Below, piece by piece: positions 12,870-26,265 of a stretch of 64,000 nt of DNA. Under the pieces are notes generated by a model. It was given only the letters and a program-made list of their open reading frames with translations. It was not told the DNA's origin and did not search any database. The position numbers and the translations under genes were made by a program. Origin of the DNA: Octopus sinensis (lineage: Eukaryota); the NCBI RefSeq assembly GCF_006345805.1, contig NC_043005.1:108686001-108750000 (forward strand), given 5' to 3'. Position 1 is the stretch's first letter; every line of letters starts with the position of its first letter.

Positions 12870-15390
12870 ATCATCATCATCATCATCGTCGTTAACGTCC
12901 GTTCTCCATGCTAGCATGGGTTGGACGGTTCGACCGGGGTTCTGGGAAGCCAGAAGGCTGCACCAGGCTCCAGTCTAATTTGGCAATGTTTCTCAGCTGG
13001 ATGCCCTTCCTAACGCCAACCACTCCGTGAGTGTAGTGGGTGCTTTTTACGTGCCACCTGCACAGGTGCCAGGCGGGGCTGGCAACGGCCACGGTCAGAT
13101 TGGTGTATTTAATGTGCCACCGGCACGGAAGCCAGTCGAGGCGGTTGCTGGCATCGGCCACGAGTTGGATAGTGCTTTTTACGTACCACCAGACCAGGGA
13201 TCCTGGCTGGTTCAATTCGCTTTCGATTTCGTTTCCCCAACATGTCTTCACAAGCAAAGGGGGTTGGCAAGGGTGCCTGTCGTACGGTCACATTGGAGTA
13301 TTTTACGTGCCACGCCACGAGTCGGATAGTGCTTTTTACGTACCACCAGACCAGGGATCCTGGCTGGTTCAATTCGATTTCGCTTGCCCCAACATGTCTT
13401 CACAAGCAAAGGAGTTGGCATGGGTGCCTGTCGTACGGTCGCATTGGAGTATTTTACGTGCCACGGCCACGAGTCGGATGGTGCTTTTTACGTACCACCA
13501 GGCCAGGGATCCTGGCTGGTTCATTTCGGTTTCGATTTCGATTTCGCTTGCCCCAACATGTCTTCGCAAGCATGGGGGGTTGGCATGGTGTCTGTCGTCG
13601 GATGAGGTTCTATATCGACTTCGCTTGCCTCAGCCGTCTTTGTGTCCAAGGGAGGAAAGGCATTCATAAGTGGGCTGGGCTCACTTGTCCTGCCTGGTCT
13701 TCTCACGTACAGATATTTCCAAAGGTCTCGGTCTCTGGTCATTTTCCTCATGAGGCCTAAAGTTCGAAGGTCGTGCTTCACCACCTCGTCCCAGGTTTTC
13801 CTGGGTCTACCTCTCCCACGGGTTCCCTCAACTGCTAGGGATTGGCACTTTCTCACACACCTATCTTCATCCATTCTCGCCACATGACCATACCAGCGCA
13901 ATCGTCTCTCTTGCACACCACAACTGATGCTTCTTAGGTACACATTTCTCTCAAGGTGCTAACGCTCTGTCGAGTATGTACACTGACATTACACATCCAT
14001 TGGAGCATACTGGCTTCATTCCTCACGAGCTTACGCATGTCCCTCAGCAGTCACGGCCCATGTTTCGCTGCCATGTAGCATGGCTGTTTGTAACACACGC
14101 ATCATACAGTCGCCTTTTACTCTGAGCGAGAGGCCTTAGTCACCAGCAGAGTAAGAGCTCCCTAAACTTGCCCAGGCTATTCTTATTCTAGCAGTTACAC
14201 TTTCAGCGCACCCACCCCCACTACTGACTTGGTCACCTAAATAATGGAAGCTATCAACTACTTCTAGTTTTTTCCCCTGGAAAGTGACGGAAGTTGTTTT
14301 CTGCAGATTTTCGGAGGTTAATGCTCCCGAGCATCTGCCACATACAAAAACTATCTTCCCAGTTAGCCTACCTTTGACATTGCTGCACCTCTTATGTGTC
14401 CATAGCTTACACTGGGTACATCTTATAGAGTTTCTACCTACACCTTTTCTACAGATCGAGCAGGGCCATCTTCCTGAAGTATTTGTGGATTGTCTACCTT
14501 TCTACTTATTAGTACTTTGGTTTTAGCTAGTTGACTCTAGCCCCTTGATTCTAAACCCTCCTTCCACACCTGGAACTTCTCCTCCAGTTCTGATAGTGAC
14601 TCAGCAATAAGAGCAAGGTCGTCAGCGTAGAGGAGCTCCCAGGGACAGCCTGTCTTGAATTCCTCCGTAATTGCCTGGAGTACTATGATAATAGGAGGGG
14701 GCTGAGTACTGAACCCTGGTGGACCCCAACCTCTACTTTGAATTCTTCTGTTACATGTTGCCAACCTAACCTTACTTACGGCATCTCTGTACATGGCTTG
14801 CACAGTCCTCACCAGCCATTCATCTATTCCCTAGTTTCCTCATTGACCACCAGATAAGGGATCGGGGACCCTATCAAAAGCTTTCTCCATGTCAACGAAA
14901 GCCAGGTACAGGGGCTTATCTTTGGCTAGGTATTTCTCCTGCGCTGCCTTACCAGGAATATAGCATCAGTGGTACTTTTCCCTGGCACGAACCCAAACTG
15001 CATCTCATCTAAACTAACTCTCTCTCTAATTAGTTGGGCTATGACCCTCTCCGTAACCTTCATTACTTGATCCAACAGCTTGATACCTCTGTAATTATTT
15101 GTATCTAGGGCATCACCTTTACCTTTGTAGCAGTTGACTAGTATGCTGCTGCAACAGTCATTGGGTATGGACTCCTTCTTGTATCACCTGGTTGACTATA
15201 CGGGTGACTAGTTATAGCCGACACTGCCAGATATTTTGAGCATCTCTGCAGTAATTCCTGATGGGCCTGGGGCTTTCCTGTCTTCATGCTTCTAATTGCC
15301 TTAGCTACCACGGAACTATCAACTCGGATAGCTGGTCCCTCTGTAGGGTCAACATTCGGCAGACTCTCTTTATCCCATTCATTTTCCTCA
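12870..15390 (-). mobile_element. 5'-truncated RTE-clade LINE (RT domain, frameshifted) with 3' UTR and (GAT/GAC)n tail
   Basis: Motifs YLAFVDMEKAFDRVP, WELLYADDLALIAES, RLRWYGHVARM and GRGRPRKTW; CpGs retained; both ends abut (TA)n. Confidence 0.92.
13157..13600. repeat. Three ~155-bp tandem modules in the RTE 3' UTR
   Basis: Units start at 13157, 13314 and 13466 (GCCACGAGT...); each contains the hairpin CCAGGGATCCTGG. Confidence 0.9.
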
Positions 15391-16465
15391 CGTACATATA
15401 TGTATGTGTATATATATATATACATGTATATTTTTTTATTTCCTTCTTTTTGTGTCCAAGCTATGCTGTTGCATTTCATGCTCAATCTCTACTGTAAATT
15501 TGTACCCTTCCCATCGACCTCTTTTATGATTGATTTCTTCTGCGTGGTGGGATTTCATATCTCCACTCTTGCATGTGCTCTTCTTTTTTCAGGTTGTTCG
15601 CTCACTTCTTCTACGAGGGACTTTATATAGACATATACATGTATGCACAAATACAAACAAAATCAACACACACACATGTTTTTGTTCTACTTTTACTTGC
15701 TTTAGTCATTAGACTGCAGCCTTACAGGGGCACTGCCTTCAAGAATATTTCGTCAATTGAATTAACCCAAGTGCTTACTATATATATATATATATAGATA
15801 TAGATATAATCAGTTTCTTTTAGTTTGCATCAACCAAATCCACTCATATGTTGTTGGTTAGTCCAAGGACATTAGACAGTGCTTCTCACACTCTTTCGGG
15901 CTGCTGCCCCCTTGACACCCACTTTAGGAACCACTGCCATAATAGGAGGCACATGCCCAGGGTTCTATACACTGGGGCTGAACTTGGAATCAAATGGTTG
16001 ATGGCATTTTATCTCTCTCTTCTCTTTCATTATACAGACAAACACACACACACCACACACACACATGTATTTTTATATATACTCACATAAATAGTTCAAT
16101 ATCATTTAATAGTATCTGTTTTCCATGTTAACATGGGTTGAATGGCTTGATAGGTGCTTGCAAGCAAGGGGAAATGTGTCCAGTGTTACTGCCAGATTTG
16201 GCATGGTTTCTAGAGCTGGATGCCCTTCCTAATGCACACACATACACACAAACAAATATACTCATATATTCACACAGATATAAGGGAATGCACACACATA
16301 AATACGATGTTCATTATTAAAGTTGCTTAATCCGCTTTTATATGTATAGGTTTATAAATAAATGTGATTGTATGTGTTTGTGTTCGTGTGTGTGTGCAAG
16401 TGTCTCTCTCTCACACACACACACTCTCTCTCTCTCTTCTCTCAGTATGTATATATATTATATAT

Positions 16466-16497
<32 letters not shown>

Positions 16498-16925
16498 GGT
16501 AAAAGTAGAGTAAGCAAGTTAGACTGATGAAAAAATTCCTTTAAAGCCTCAAATCAACATTCTCTTCCTTGAAGACAGAGTTTCCTCTCATCATATGATG
16601 GAATCAATCTACAAACAATATTATACACCAACAAGCCCTCAGAAACAGCTGTTGGATTTGTAATACTGTTCCGCATCCTCTTAATTCTCTATATCATTTC
16701 TATTCTGTGTAAGATGGATCTTTTTATACGTATATATGTATACATTTTTTGTTTTTTATGCATTTAATAAACTTTACATATTAATCTGTCTAACTTGTTT
16801 TCCCTGTATTTACTGCTATACCTACACACGTTTAAATCTCTTGGGCACTACTAACTGTATCGTATATGAAGAACATTTGACTCTCATCTATGAAGTAAAT
16901 ATATATATATGTGTATATATATATG

Positions 16926-16998
<73 letters not shown>

Positions 16999-17689
16999 AC
17001 ATATGTGTATATATGTATGTATATATATATAGATATATATATATGTATATATATATGTAGATGTATATATATATAAAGATGTATATATATATGTATAATG
17101 TATGCTTGAATGACTTGTTTGTCTTTTTGTTCCTCTCTTCGTGTATTTCACGTTATTTATTTATATAAAGGTCTATTATATATATGTATTATATATCTTC
17201 ATGAGTTTCAGTTCAGACCTGTAACCAAGTGGGGGCATTGCTGTTAGCAAAATCTGTTATGTGACATGTAGTGAATGAGGGAATTTGATGCTGCTATCCC
17301 AATGTGTGTTTCCTGCAATGAGGTTGGTTCATCTGGAAGTCTTGACAGGAAAAGATCCAGTTTTTAAAAATATATATACTTATGTATATCTGTCATTTGA
17401 CAGTAGTCCTGCTGGCACACTGTCTTAAGGGCTTTTGGTTGAAGAAACCCACACTAGGACACTTGTTTTTGTAAGCTTAGTACTTATTCCATCGTTCTCT
17501 TTTACCAAATTAATCAGTTACGGAGACATAAAAACACTGAAATTGGCTGTCAAGTGATTGTGCAGGAAAAAATACAGACAGGAAGACACATACACCACAT
17601 AAATATATGTATATGGCCTGGGCCAATAATGGCCGAAACCTATCAAGTATCAAAGTATATATATATATATTATATATATATAATATATA

Positions 17690-17914
17690 TTCTTACTACC
17701 CCAAGGACTAAACACAGAGGGGACAAACAAGGACAGACAAACGGATTAAGTCGATTACATCGACCCCAGTGCGTAACTGGTACTTAATTTATCACCCCGA
17801 AAGGATGAAAGGCAAAGTCGACCTCGGCAGAATTTTGAACTCAGAATGTAATGGCAGACGAAATACGGCTACGCATTTCACCCAGCGAACTAACGTTTCT
17901 GCCAGCGAACCACC

Positions 17915-17920
<6 letters not shown>
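17690..17920 (-). mobile_element. SINE family B copy
   Basis: Full head-to-tail match to 59130-59366. Confidence 0.85.
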
Positions 17921-17972
<52 letters not shown>

Positions 17973-18250
17973 AATACATATATGTGTGTGTATTTATCTA
18001 TACATATATATGTATATGTATACTGATATATATGTATATATATATATTTATATTTATAGTAATGTATATGTAAACAAATTTATGTATAGATACATCTACA
18101 CACATATGCACACACACACGTGTGTGCACACATATATACACATGTATGAACATCTATTAGGTAGTGCTATTAAGTTAGACATGGCCTGGGCCAATCTTTG
18201 GTTGAAACATATCTATGTTTATCTAAGTTTAAATATGTATATGTATGTAC

Positions 18251-18288
<38 letters not shown>

Positions 18289-18404
18289 GTAAAATGTAAA
18301 ACGCCCTTCGGTCATGAATGACCATGGGATTGCACCTAGAAAGTTACCCTCCTAGACACAAGTCCGGGCAAGGTTGTTTATGGAAGGCCAGCAGTCGCCC
18401 ATGC

Positions 18405-18504
18405 NNNNNNNNNNNNNNNNNNNNNNNNNNNNNNNNNNNNNNNNNNNNNNNNNNNNNNNNNNNNNNNNNNNNNNNNNNNNNNNNNNNNNNNNNNNNNNNN
18501 NNNN
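18405..18504. other. Assembly gap (100 N) truncating a family D SINE
   Basis: Run of exactly 100 N. Confidence 1.
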
Positions 18505-18553
<49 letters not shown>

Positions 18554-18602
18554 TATATTTAATATATATATATATATATATATACGCAATATATATATAT
18601 GC

Positions 18603-18634
<32 letters not shown>

Positions 18635-19620
18635 ACATTATATACCTACACTTCATACAAGCACACGTGTGTATGTGAATATAAAGTACTTGATGATCAA
18701 TTATATATTGAATCAGTTTTATTAGACTTCACTCTAGTTCTACATCTTATATTTATTTCATATTTATATTTCCTTTTTGCTTTTGTACATTTAATCGTTT
18801 GCAATATCTTCTCTAATTTCTTATTACATTTATATGTCTCCATAACTTTGTTTTGTTTACGTTGTGCATAAACACACACACACATGTGTATTTATACATA
18901 CACATACATACACATATACATACATAAACGCATGCACACTGTTACATCAATATATTTATATACATATATATACACGCATATGTACACCTATAAATACATG
19001 CATATATATATATATATAACATACACACAGATATATATATGTATATAGACACACACATATATATGTATAAACTTATATATAAAAATATATACACACATAT
19101 ACATACATTTACACACACACACACATGTATATATATATAAGTATATATACATACATACACATTTATAAGCATATATATATATATACATATTTTTATAATA
19201 TCTTTATATATTTATGTGAATAATATTGACACACGTATATACAAATATTTGTACAATTACCCACAGACATGTGTGTGCATATATACATAGTGCACATACA
19301 CACGTAAATTTATTTGGCTAAACACACAAACATATATTTTTATTGTCTTCCCATACCTTACCAAACTCTCTTTTTGACATTCCTTGGAGACAAAATTCTT
19401 GCCAAGATCAAAATATCACAACGAATTTTATGCATCACAAAATTTCGTTGGAAGACCATTAGTCGTTCCTTAGTGTAATTGTTGTATGATAGGAAGAACA
19501 ACAAGTCATCTTAAGACAATCCACAAACTACCATTCAAAACTAAATCATTAGAAATTTCTGTATTATATACAAACATGCATGCACATATGCCCATACACA
19601 AAATGATGCATACCCACATC

Positions 19621-19667
<47 letters not shown>

Positions 19668-20514
19668 TCATATATATATATTCTTACTTGTACATGCATA
19701 CATATATGTTCATATATTACATATATCTTATATATATATATAATGTATATATATATATATATATATACACATATATATATATAATGTATGTATGTATATA
19801 TGTATATTTATTTGTATATATATATACATGAATATATATATTTATATATATATATTGCTAAAGTTTTATGCAAAATATTTTAGGTTGTATAGCAAAGAAT
19901 AATGAAATATTTTGATGTGAAATTTTGCTGTGTGCTCTAAATAATTCTTTGTAAACCCTTGCATCAGGTCTGCTGTAATTGTGTATGTTGATTATAATGA
20001 TATATTTTCATGTCAAAGTGCATCTGAACATACTCAGTATATAACGGACATTTTATATCCCCATCTATTCTTTAATAATGTTATGGAAGTGTCTCAAAAG
20101 AAAATAGGGAAGAATCCTATTTCATATAGCATGACATGAATGTCAAATGCATATGAGGAAATTTTTCCATAATCTGACTTTCAACATTTACTGAAACACA
20201 TGTAAAGATGTTATAAAGAAATAATTTGATCATTTATACTCTAGTCTTGATATTTGTATGTATATATATATTCTTTTGCTCTTTTACTTGTTTCAGTCAT
20301 CTGACTGCAGCCATGCTGGATTACTGCCTTTAGTTGAACATATCAACCCCAGGACTTAATATTTGAAAGCCAAGCACTTATTGCATCATTCTCTGTAGCT
20401 GAGCCACTAAGTTATGGGGGACATAAACACACCAACATTGGTTGTTGACTGAATCACATGTGAATCATTGGCGATTTTTTTTCTCCATCTTCCTTTTCCA
20501 TTGGACTTTACTCT

Positions 20515-20549
20515 GTTTCTGAAGAAGAGCTTTGTTCGAAATGTTAAAC
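20515..20549 (+). ncRNA. Minimal hammerhead motif, slightly decayed
   Basis: GTTT-CTGAAGA-A-GAGC ttt GTTC-GAAA-TG-TT-AAAC; stem I GTTT/AAAC is perfect. Confidence 0.55.
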
Positions 20550-20655
20550 CACATTTCTTTCCTTCCCTGAGCATCTTCTAATAATTTGCATGTACCACGT
20601 CCTCGCATTGTTGCTTTTTATGTTGTGTTGTTTACTTTTTGGGATTTACTATATA

Positions 20656-20698
<43 letters not shown>

Positions 20699-20769
20699 CT
20701 TATATATATATATATATAATAATATTAATAATAATATAATAATAATAATAACATGGAAACATGGAAACT

Positions 20770-21060
20770 AGAAACATGGGTGGTTCTTTCAACATCCTTA
20801 AACAACCCTTATTCAGGGACCTTTTGAGCGGGATGGGCTACTCAACCTGAAGAAAATTCTAACTGGGCCCCACCTGCAAGTTCATGTGCTGTTTATCTTG
20901 ATATGAGATCACCATGTCGCGCACATATGGTTGTGATGCATGTTCCTGGTGTACCTTTATCAGACGGGTAGTCATGATGGGTATATTGGGCTTCGTATAT
21001 TTTACCCCAGTGTCACTTTGATGGCATGAACTGCTCTCTCACTCAATAATAATAATAATA
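20770..21060 (+). mobile_element. (AAT)n-tailed retroposon, family F (second copy 47715-48068, minus strand)
   Basis: ~290-bp near-identical copies in opposite orientation, each ending in (AAT)n. Confidence 0.8.
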
Positions 21061-21135
21061 TCAAAGGTAATAGGAAATATTAGATATTTCCATTATCAGT
21101 GGACTGGCGTGTAAAGATTTAGTCTATAGACTATA

Positions 21136-21320
21136 TATTAGGGATAAAATTTTGAAGGGAATGAAAAATAAAAACATTTACCATCTGGATTATTTTCTGC
21201 TGAAGAAGACTCCACCTGGCAAATTATTTTATTTGCTAAAAAAAGTTTGAAACTATTGGTCCAGGAGTTAGATGGTAAATATTTTTATTTCTCATTCCGT
21301 TTGAAATTTTATCCCTAATA
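21136..21320. repeat. Inverted-repeat mini-element (~50-bp arms) enclosing a hammerhead motif
   Basis: TATTAGGGATAAAATTT...TTTACCATC (21136-21185) versus GATGGTAAA...AAATTTTATCCCTAATA (21271-21320), with a few mismatches. Confidence 0.85.
21194..21267 (+). ncRNA. Type I hammerhead ribozyme motif with complete core
   Basis: Stem I TTTCTG/CAGGAG; CTGAAGA 21200-06; stem II AGAC/GTTT; GAAA 21249-52; short stem III; GTC triplet 21259-61. Confidence 0.65.
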
Positions 21321-21479
21321 GTGGTTTGGAATTTAACTGTTCTCTCCAGCATGCAAGGAGTCCTATGATGGATGCTTGTTATGTGTTTAAATGTACACTG
21401 AATATATATATACCAGACTCAAAACTTTTTTCTTATTTCAAGCTTTAATTAATAATGCAAACAAATTACATATGGGAAG

Positions 21480-22870
21480 CATTTATTCATCAAAATACAT
21501 GCAAACATATTTTATTGTCTGCTGCAATTGTGCCAAAAGTACAATTCAATGCTTATACCGTTCGGCTGGTTTAGATGCAAAAAACTCTCTGCACACGTTT
21601 TCTACCTCATCCACGTTGTTGAACCTCTGGCCATGCAGGGTATGTGCCATGGCTCAGAAAATGTGGTAATCTGATAATGCAAGGTCTAGACTGTTGACCA
21701 ATACCAGACTGTTGACAGGGTGAGGCAACACTTCCAACTCCATCAGTTCTTTGAGTTTTTACTTGGTCACTTTGACAGTTTGTGCTAGGGCATTGTCAAG
21801 CTGTAAGAATGCACATTTTCAATTGTAGTAGTGGTAGTAGTGGTCTTTCAAAACATCATATACTTACTGCAGTTGTTGGGCATAAAGGTTAATGTTCACA
21901 GCATGACCAGATGGGATAAACTCAAAGCGCAACACATGATTGAAATTCTTCCAAGCACAACATGATCTTCTCTTGAAGCTGCTGTCTTCAACAACAGATT
22001 CTGAAGCCTGGCCAGAATGAAGCCATTGATTTCTTTCATTAGGATTAAGCAAATAGATCCATTTTTCATCCATGCTTACAATTTAATGCCAAAATTTGGC
22101 ATCCCAATGATTTGTGAGCAGTTGTTTGCAAATGTTCAAATGTTGTGGATTCAGGTCATTGGTCAGTACATGAGGAACCTCTCAACAGCATCAGTCATGG
22201 AGGCACAATGGCCCAGTGGAAGGGCAGCGGACTCGCGGTCGGAGGATTGCAGTTTCGATTCTCAGACCAGGCGTTGTATGTGTTTATTGAGCGAAAACAC
22301 CTAAGGCTCCACGAGGCTCCAGCAGGGGGTGGTGGCGACCACTCTTGAACTCTTTTGCTCTAACTTTCTCTCACTCTTTCTTCCTGTTTCCTGTCCCCGA
22401 CTTCCTACGCAATCGCTGAGCCTGGATGCACATTCATCCATCTGTCGATGCTCTCGGTGTCGGGGGTTGACCTGCTTTCTTTTCTGCAGGTCTTACAAAT
22501 AGCATAGGACCACGTATCGGACCTCTCCCACTACGGATGAAGACCGCTTCACTCAACAAACTGCATCAGTCAACTGATAAAGCTTTGTGAAGGACCATGT
22601 TCTGCCAACAATGTATGAATGCTTGTGATTGGCTCTTATTCAATGTTTTGAAGCAAGGCCTCATCTTACAAAACAGAAAAGCTTCATGGCCTTCATTTGT
22701 CTTCATGACTGGTGTCACTTTCCTTGGAACAGCAGAACCAGTTTTTTGCTGCATGTGTATTGACAGTTCCTTGGCCATCTACATCCTTAATTTCTTTTGC
22801 CTCTGCCCTTGCACCTCAATCCATTTTTCCACTGGTAGTATAAAATGGTTCTAATTGCAATATTTTCACC
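21480..22870 (-). mobile_element. Decayed mariner (Tc1/mariner) transposase pseudogene, interrupted by a SINE
   Basis: Recognisable VPHVLT (WVPHEL), IVSMDEKW (first catalytic D), LQLDNA and VLPHP...DLALSDYHIF (YSPDLAPSDY); multiple stops and frameshifts. Confidence 0.85.
22198..22562 (+). mobile_element. tRNA-derived SINE, family C, with 10-bp TSD
   Basis: A box TGGCCCAGTGG and B-box-like GTTTCGATTC; TSD GCATCAGTCA at 22188-97 and 22563-72. Confidence 0.9.
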
Positions 22871-23119
22871 ACTCATTATCGAAGCTGTAAAATAAAGAAT
22901 AAGTAATTAATATTTATACGTTATATATAAAAATAAAAAATAGATAATTCAAAGTCAGGATTGAAAATAGTTCTGCTGATGCTGCTTTTTCTGCCTGTAG
23001 AGATATCTTATATGAAGAGGTGTTTACAACATATGGCCAATGCATACAGTGTTAGCTAAAAAGTGAACTGTTACATGCGTGTATAACCATACACACATAC
23101 ATGCATGCGTATATATTAA

Positions 23120-23520
23120 CTAGTAGTATAGCCCAGTGTTGCTCGGGCTTGTTTTCTTTTCGACCCTTTAGAATTGAAATTTTAGAAAAGTAAAAAATTT
23201 GCATTATGTAACTTGTTATTCTCTTTAAGTGAACATTTTTCTGGTTGAAATACACTGAACAATGGCGACACAGCAGTAAAAAAATCGTAAAAAATAGGGA
23301 TTTTCATAGAAAAAAAGCACCTTTTTTATGTAAATAATTTTTGGTGTTAACATGATCCAATTTGAATTTTTTCTTCTACGGAATGAAGAGCAAGCCTTCT
23401 TCTATCATACTTTCAATTTTGGTCAACTTGCGCTGCAGGATCTCGGAGGAGATAGTGTTAGTTGAAGGCTACCAAATCTGCCATACACTGAAGACAACTT
23501 CAGCTTTATATATAGAGAGA
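23120..23520 (-). mobile_element. Non-autonomous Helitron-like element
   Basis: On the minus strand it starts A|TC and ends CTAG|T, with a GC hairpin (GCCC...GGGC, 23131-48) just inside the 3' end. Confidence 0.7.
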
Positions 23521-24294
23521 TTTGTGTGGGAACATATCTGTACACAGATGTAGATATATTATTGTATTTTATGAATGTATTATATTCCATTTTGTCTGTA
23601 TGTAGAAGCTCCATTGACTTCCTTTATTCCAATTTTTGTTTTGTTTTTGTAATATAGCTGAAGGGTAAACTAAAGTGTCAACATATCAACTAAAAATATT
23701 TTCATAAAACAAAGATATATGAATGTAGTTTAAGACAATATTACATTCAGTTATGTTAGAAATCAATACTACACACTGTAAATGTTAAATTAATTCTTTT
23801 TCTCTTTTTTTGCTTCATATTTCAGGTTATAGAAAATTGTTCAAACTTACAGGTCAACTAGGAAGCCACTACATGTGGTCAGCTGACCCACTATGAGCCA
23901 ATGGGAGGCACTTTATATGGCTACTTGACCTGCTAGATATAACCACTGAATTCCTTTGCCATTCATACTTTATTGTCTTACAAAATAATAAACATTAAAT
24001 AATGCAGTCCTAGATGCATTGTTTCACAATAAGATGAGATGGTCATGGATGGATTAGCTTTGGTCATAGGTCTACTTAATGACATTGATCAGGGCCTAAA
24101 CCTCAACAGCACCAACATTATAGAGATGAAGTTTTGTTCTTTATTTTTCTTTTTCTAAATTCAGTAACTGGTCAAGCATGTTTGAGATGACTGCTTCTCT
24201 CTGGAGGTCAAACATGGATGACATCTGTCCGTAGCTATCACTGATTAATGAATAAAAGTAAATAATTTTCTCCATGCATGAAAATTATTTCCCA

Positions 24295-24736
24295 TTTTTT
24301 GAGGAGAGTTGCTAGCATTAGCCTCAAGGTGCCATACAGTGGGAATGAACCTGGAACATTTTTTGAGGAGGGTTGCTAGCATTAGCCTCAAGGTGCCATA
24401 CAGTGGGAATGAACCTGGAACATTTTTTGAGGAGGGTTGCTAGCATTAGCCTCAAGGTGCCATACAGTGGGAATGAACCTGGAACATTTTTTGAGGAGGG
24501 TTGCTAGCATTAGCCTCAAGGTGCCATACAGTGGGAATGAACCTGGAACATTTTTTGAGGAGGGTTGCTAGCATTAGCCTCAAGGTGCCATACAGTGGGA
24601 ATGAACCTGGAACATTTTTTGAGGAGGGTTGCTAGCATTAGCCTCAAGGTGCCATACAGTGGGAATGAACCTGGAACATTTTTTGAGGAGGGTTGCTAGC
24701 ATTAGCCTCAAGGTGCCATACAGTGGGAATGAACCT
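24295..24736. repeat. 64-bp minisatellite, ~6.9 copies
   Basis: Units start at 24295+64n; identical except one substitution in unit 1; no spacers. Confidence 0.97.
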
Positions 24737-24889
24737 AGAGCCATGTGGTTTAGAAACATACTTTTTATTAGACAACCACACCTGTGCCAAGGCAACATAG
24801 CTTGTACTACATCACAACTACTGGCTCATCCGTTCAGGGCTAGAAAAAAATCAGCACTCATCAATTATTGATTTTTTCACAAAGCTTAT

Positions 24890-25320
24890 TTGATAAGCTA
24901 TTGGGAAAGACTCAAGAGATTTAAGACTCTATTCCTTAGAGCGTAGGCGAGAAAGATATGCCATAACATACATCTGGAAGATCCTGGAAGGACTTGTCCC
25001 AAACTTTGGCATCGAGAGTTACACAAATACTAGAACTGAGCACCAGGGCATAGTGCCAAGGACTCCAAATTTGCCATCAAGATGTAGGAAAAGATACTGC
25101 AATAGCCTGGGCTTCAGAGGTCCACAGCTCTTCCATATCCTCCCGAAGAACCTGAGAGACCTGCATGGGGTGGATGCAGATGTCTTTAAAATAAAGCTGG
25201 ACCTCTGCCTCTCAGGTGTCCCAGATGAACCATCTTCACGGCAGGAGGTGCAGATGAGAGCAGCTGCATCAAACTCTCTCATGCACCAAATGCCAATTGC
25301 TAAAAAGCATTCGTGAAGTA
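24890..25320 (+). mobile_element. CR1-like LINE 3' end
   Basis: LYSLERRRERYAIIYIWKILEGLVPNFG...FKIKLDLCLSGVPDEP; a related fragment lies at ~17215-17360 (minus). Confidence 0.7.
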
Positions 25321-25540
25321 AAATCATGAAGCAACACCGAATGGCAGTGACCCAGCATGGCCACAGCTCGTGAGCTGAAACTAGACGAGATGAGATGAGA
25401 TGTCTACAATGAAATAACAGCTCTCACGTTTGGATGACAATACTGCTAACTCAGGCTGCCTCCAGAAAATGGCCACCCATCAGAATGGCATGAATTCACT
25501 CAAATATATGCTCCACAGGCAAGTTTTCCTCTTCTCCCTC

Positions 25541-25583
<43 letters not shown>

Positions 25584-25849
25584 CCTCTCTTTTGTACAAA
25601 TTCTATAAAGGCCTCTGCTCTTCAATACTGGACTGACTCATCTCACCTGTTCTCAACCATCCCTGCTCTACTTGTACTACTATTTCTCTGTAATCATTTT
25701 GCATCCAATACGTCTGCACTAATTCACTGTGCCCAGACCTTCATTCCTACAAGATCAGCTATCTGGAAATCTCTGGTTATATCTTTCTGAGAACGATTGA
25801 TATAAAATAGTTCAAGCTGCACATTAAATGCATAAATCTCATCATTCAT

Positions 25850-26265
25850 AGGTGCAGGAGTGGCTGTGTGGTAAGTAGCTTGCTTACCAACCACATGGTT
25901 CCAGGTTCAGTCCCACTGCGTGGCACCTTGGGCAAGTGTCTTCTACTATAGCCTCGGGCCGACCAAAGCCTTGTGAGTAGATTTGGTAGACAGAAACTGA
26001 AAGAAGCCCATCGTATATATGTATATATATATATATATATATATGCGGGTGTGTTTGTATGTCTGTGTTTGTCTCCCCAACATTGCTTGTCAACCGATGC
26101 TGGTGTGTTTATGTCCACGTAACTTAGCAGTTCGGCAAAAGAGACCAATAGAATAAGTACTAGGCTTACAAAAAATAAGTGCTGGGGTTGATTTCTTTGA
26201 CTAAAGGCGGTGCTCCAGCATGGCCACAGTCGATGACTGAAAGTAGTAAAAGAATAAAAGAGTAA
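25850..26265 (+). mobile_element. SINE family A copy
   Basis: Full-length head GGTGCAGGAGTGGCTGTGTGG through the tail. Confidence 0.85.

Noticed and set aside
22198-22275. tRNA gene
   Set aside because: It is the tRNA-like head of SINE C, followed by a SINE body and flanked by a TSD; the same applies to the family A, B and D heads.
24295-24736. CRISPR-like array
   Set aside because: Units are contiguous with no unique spacers, are SINE-derived, and the context is eukaryotic with no cas genes.
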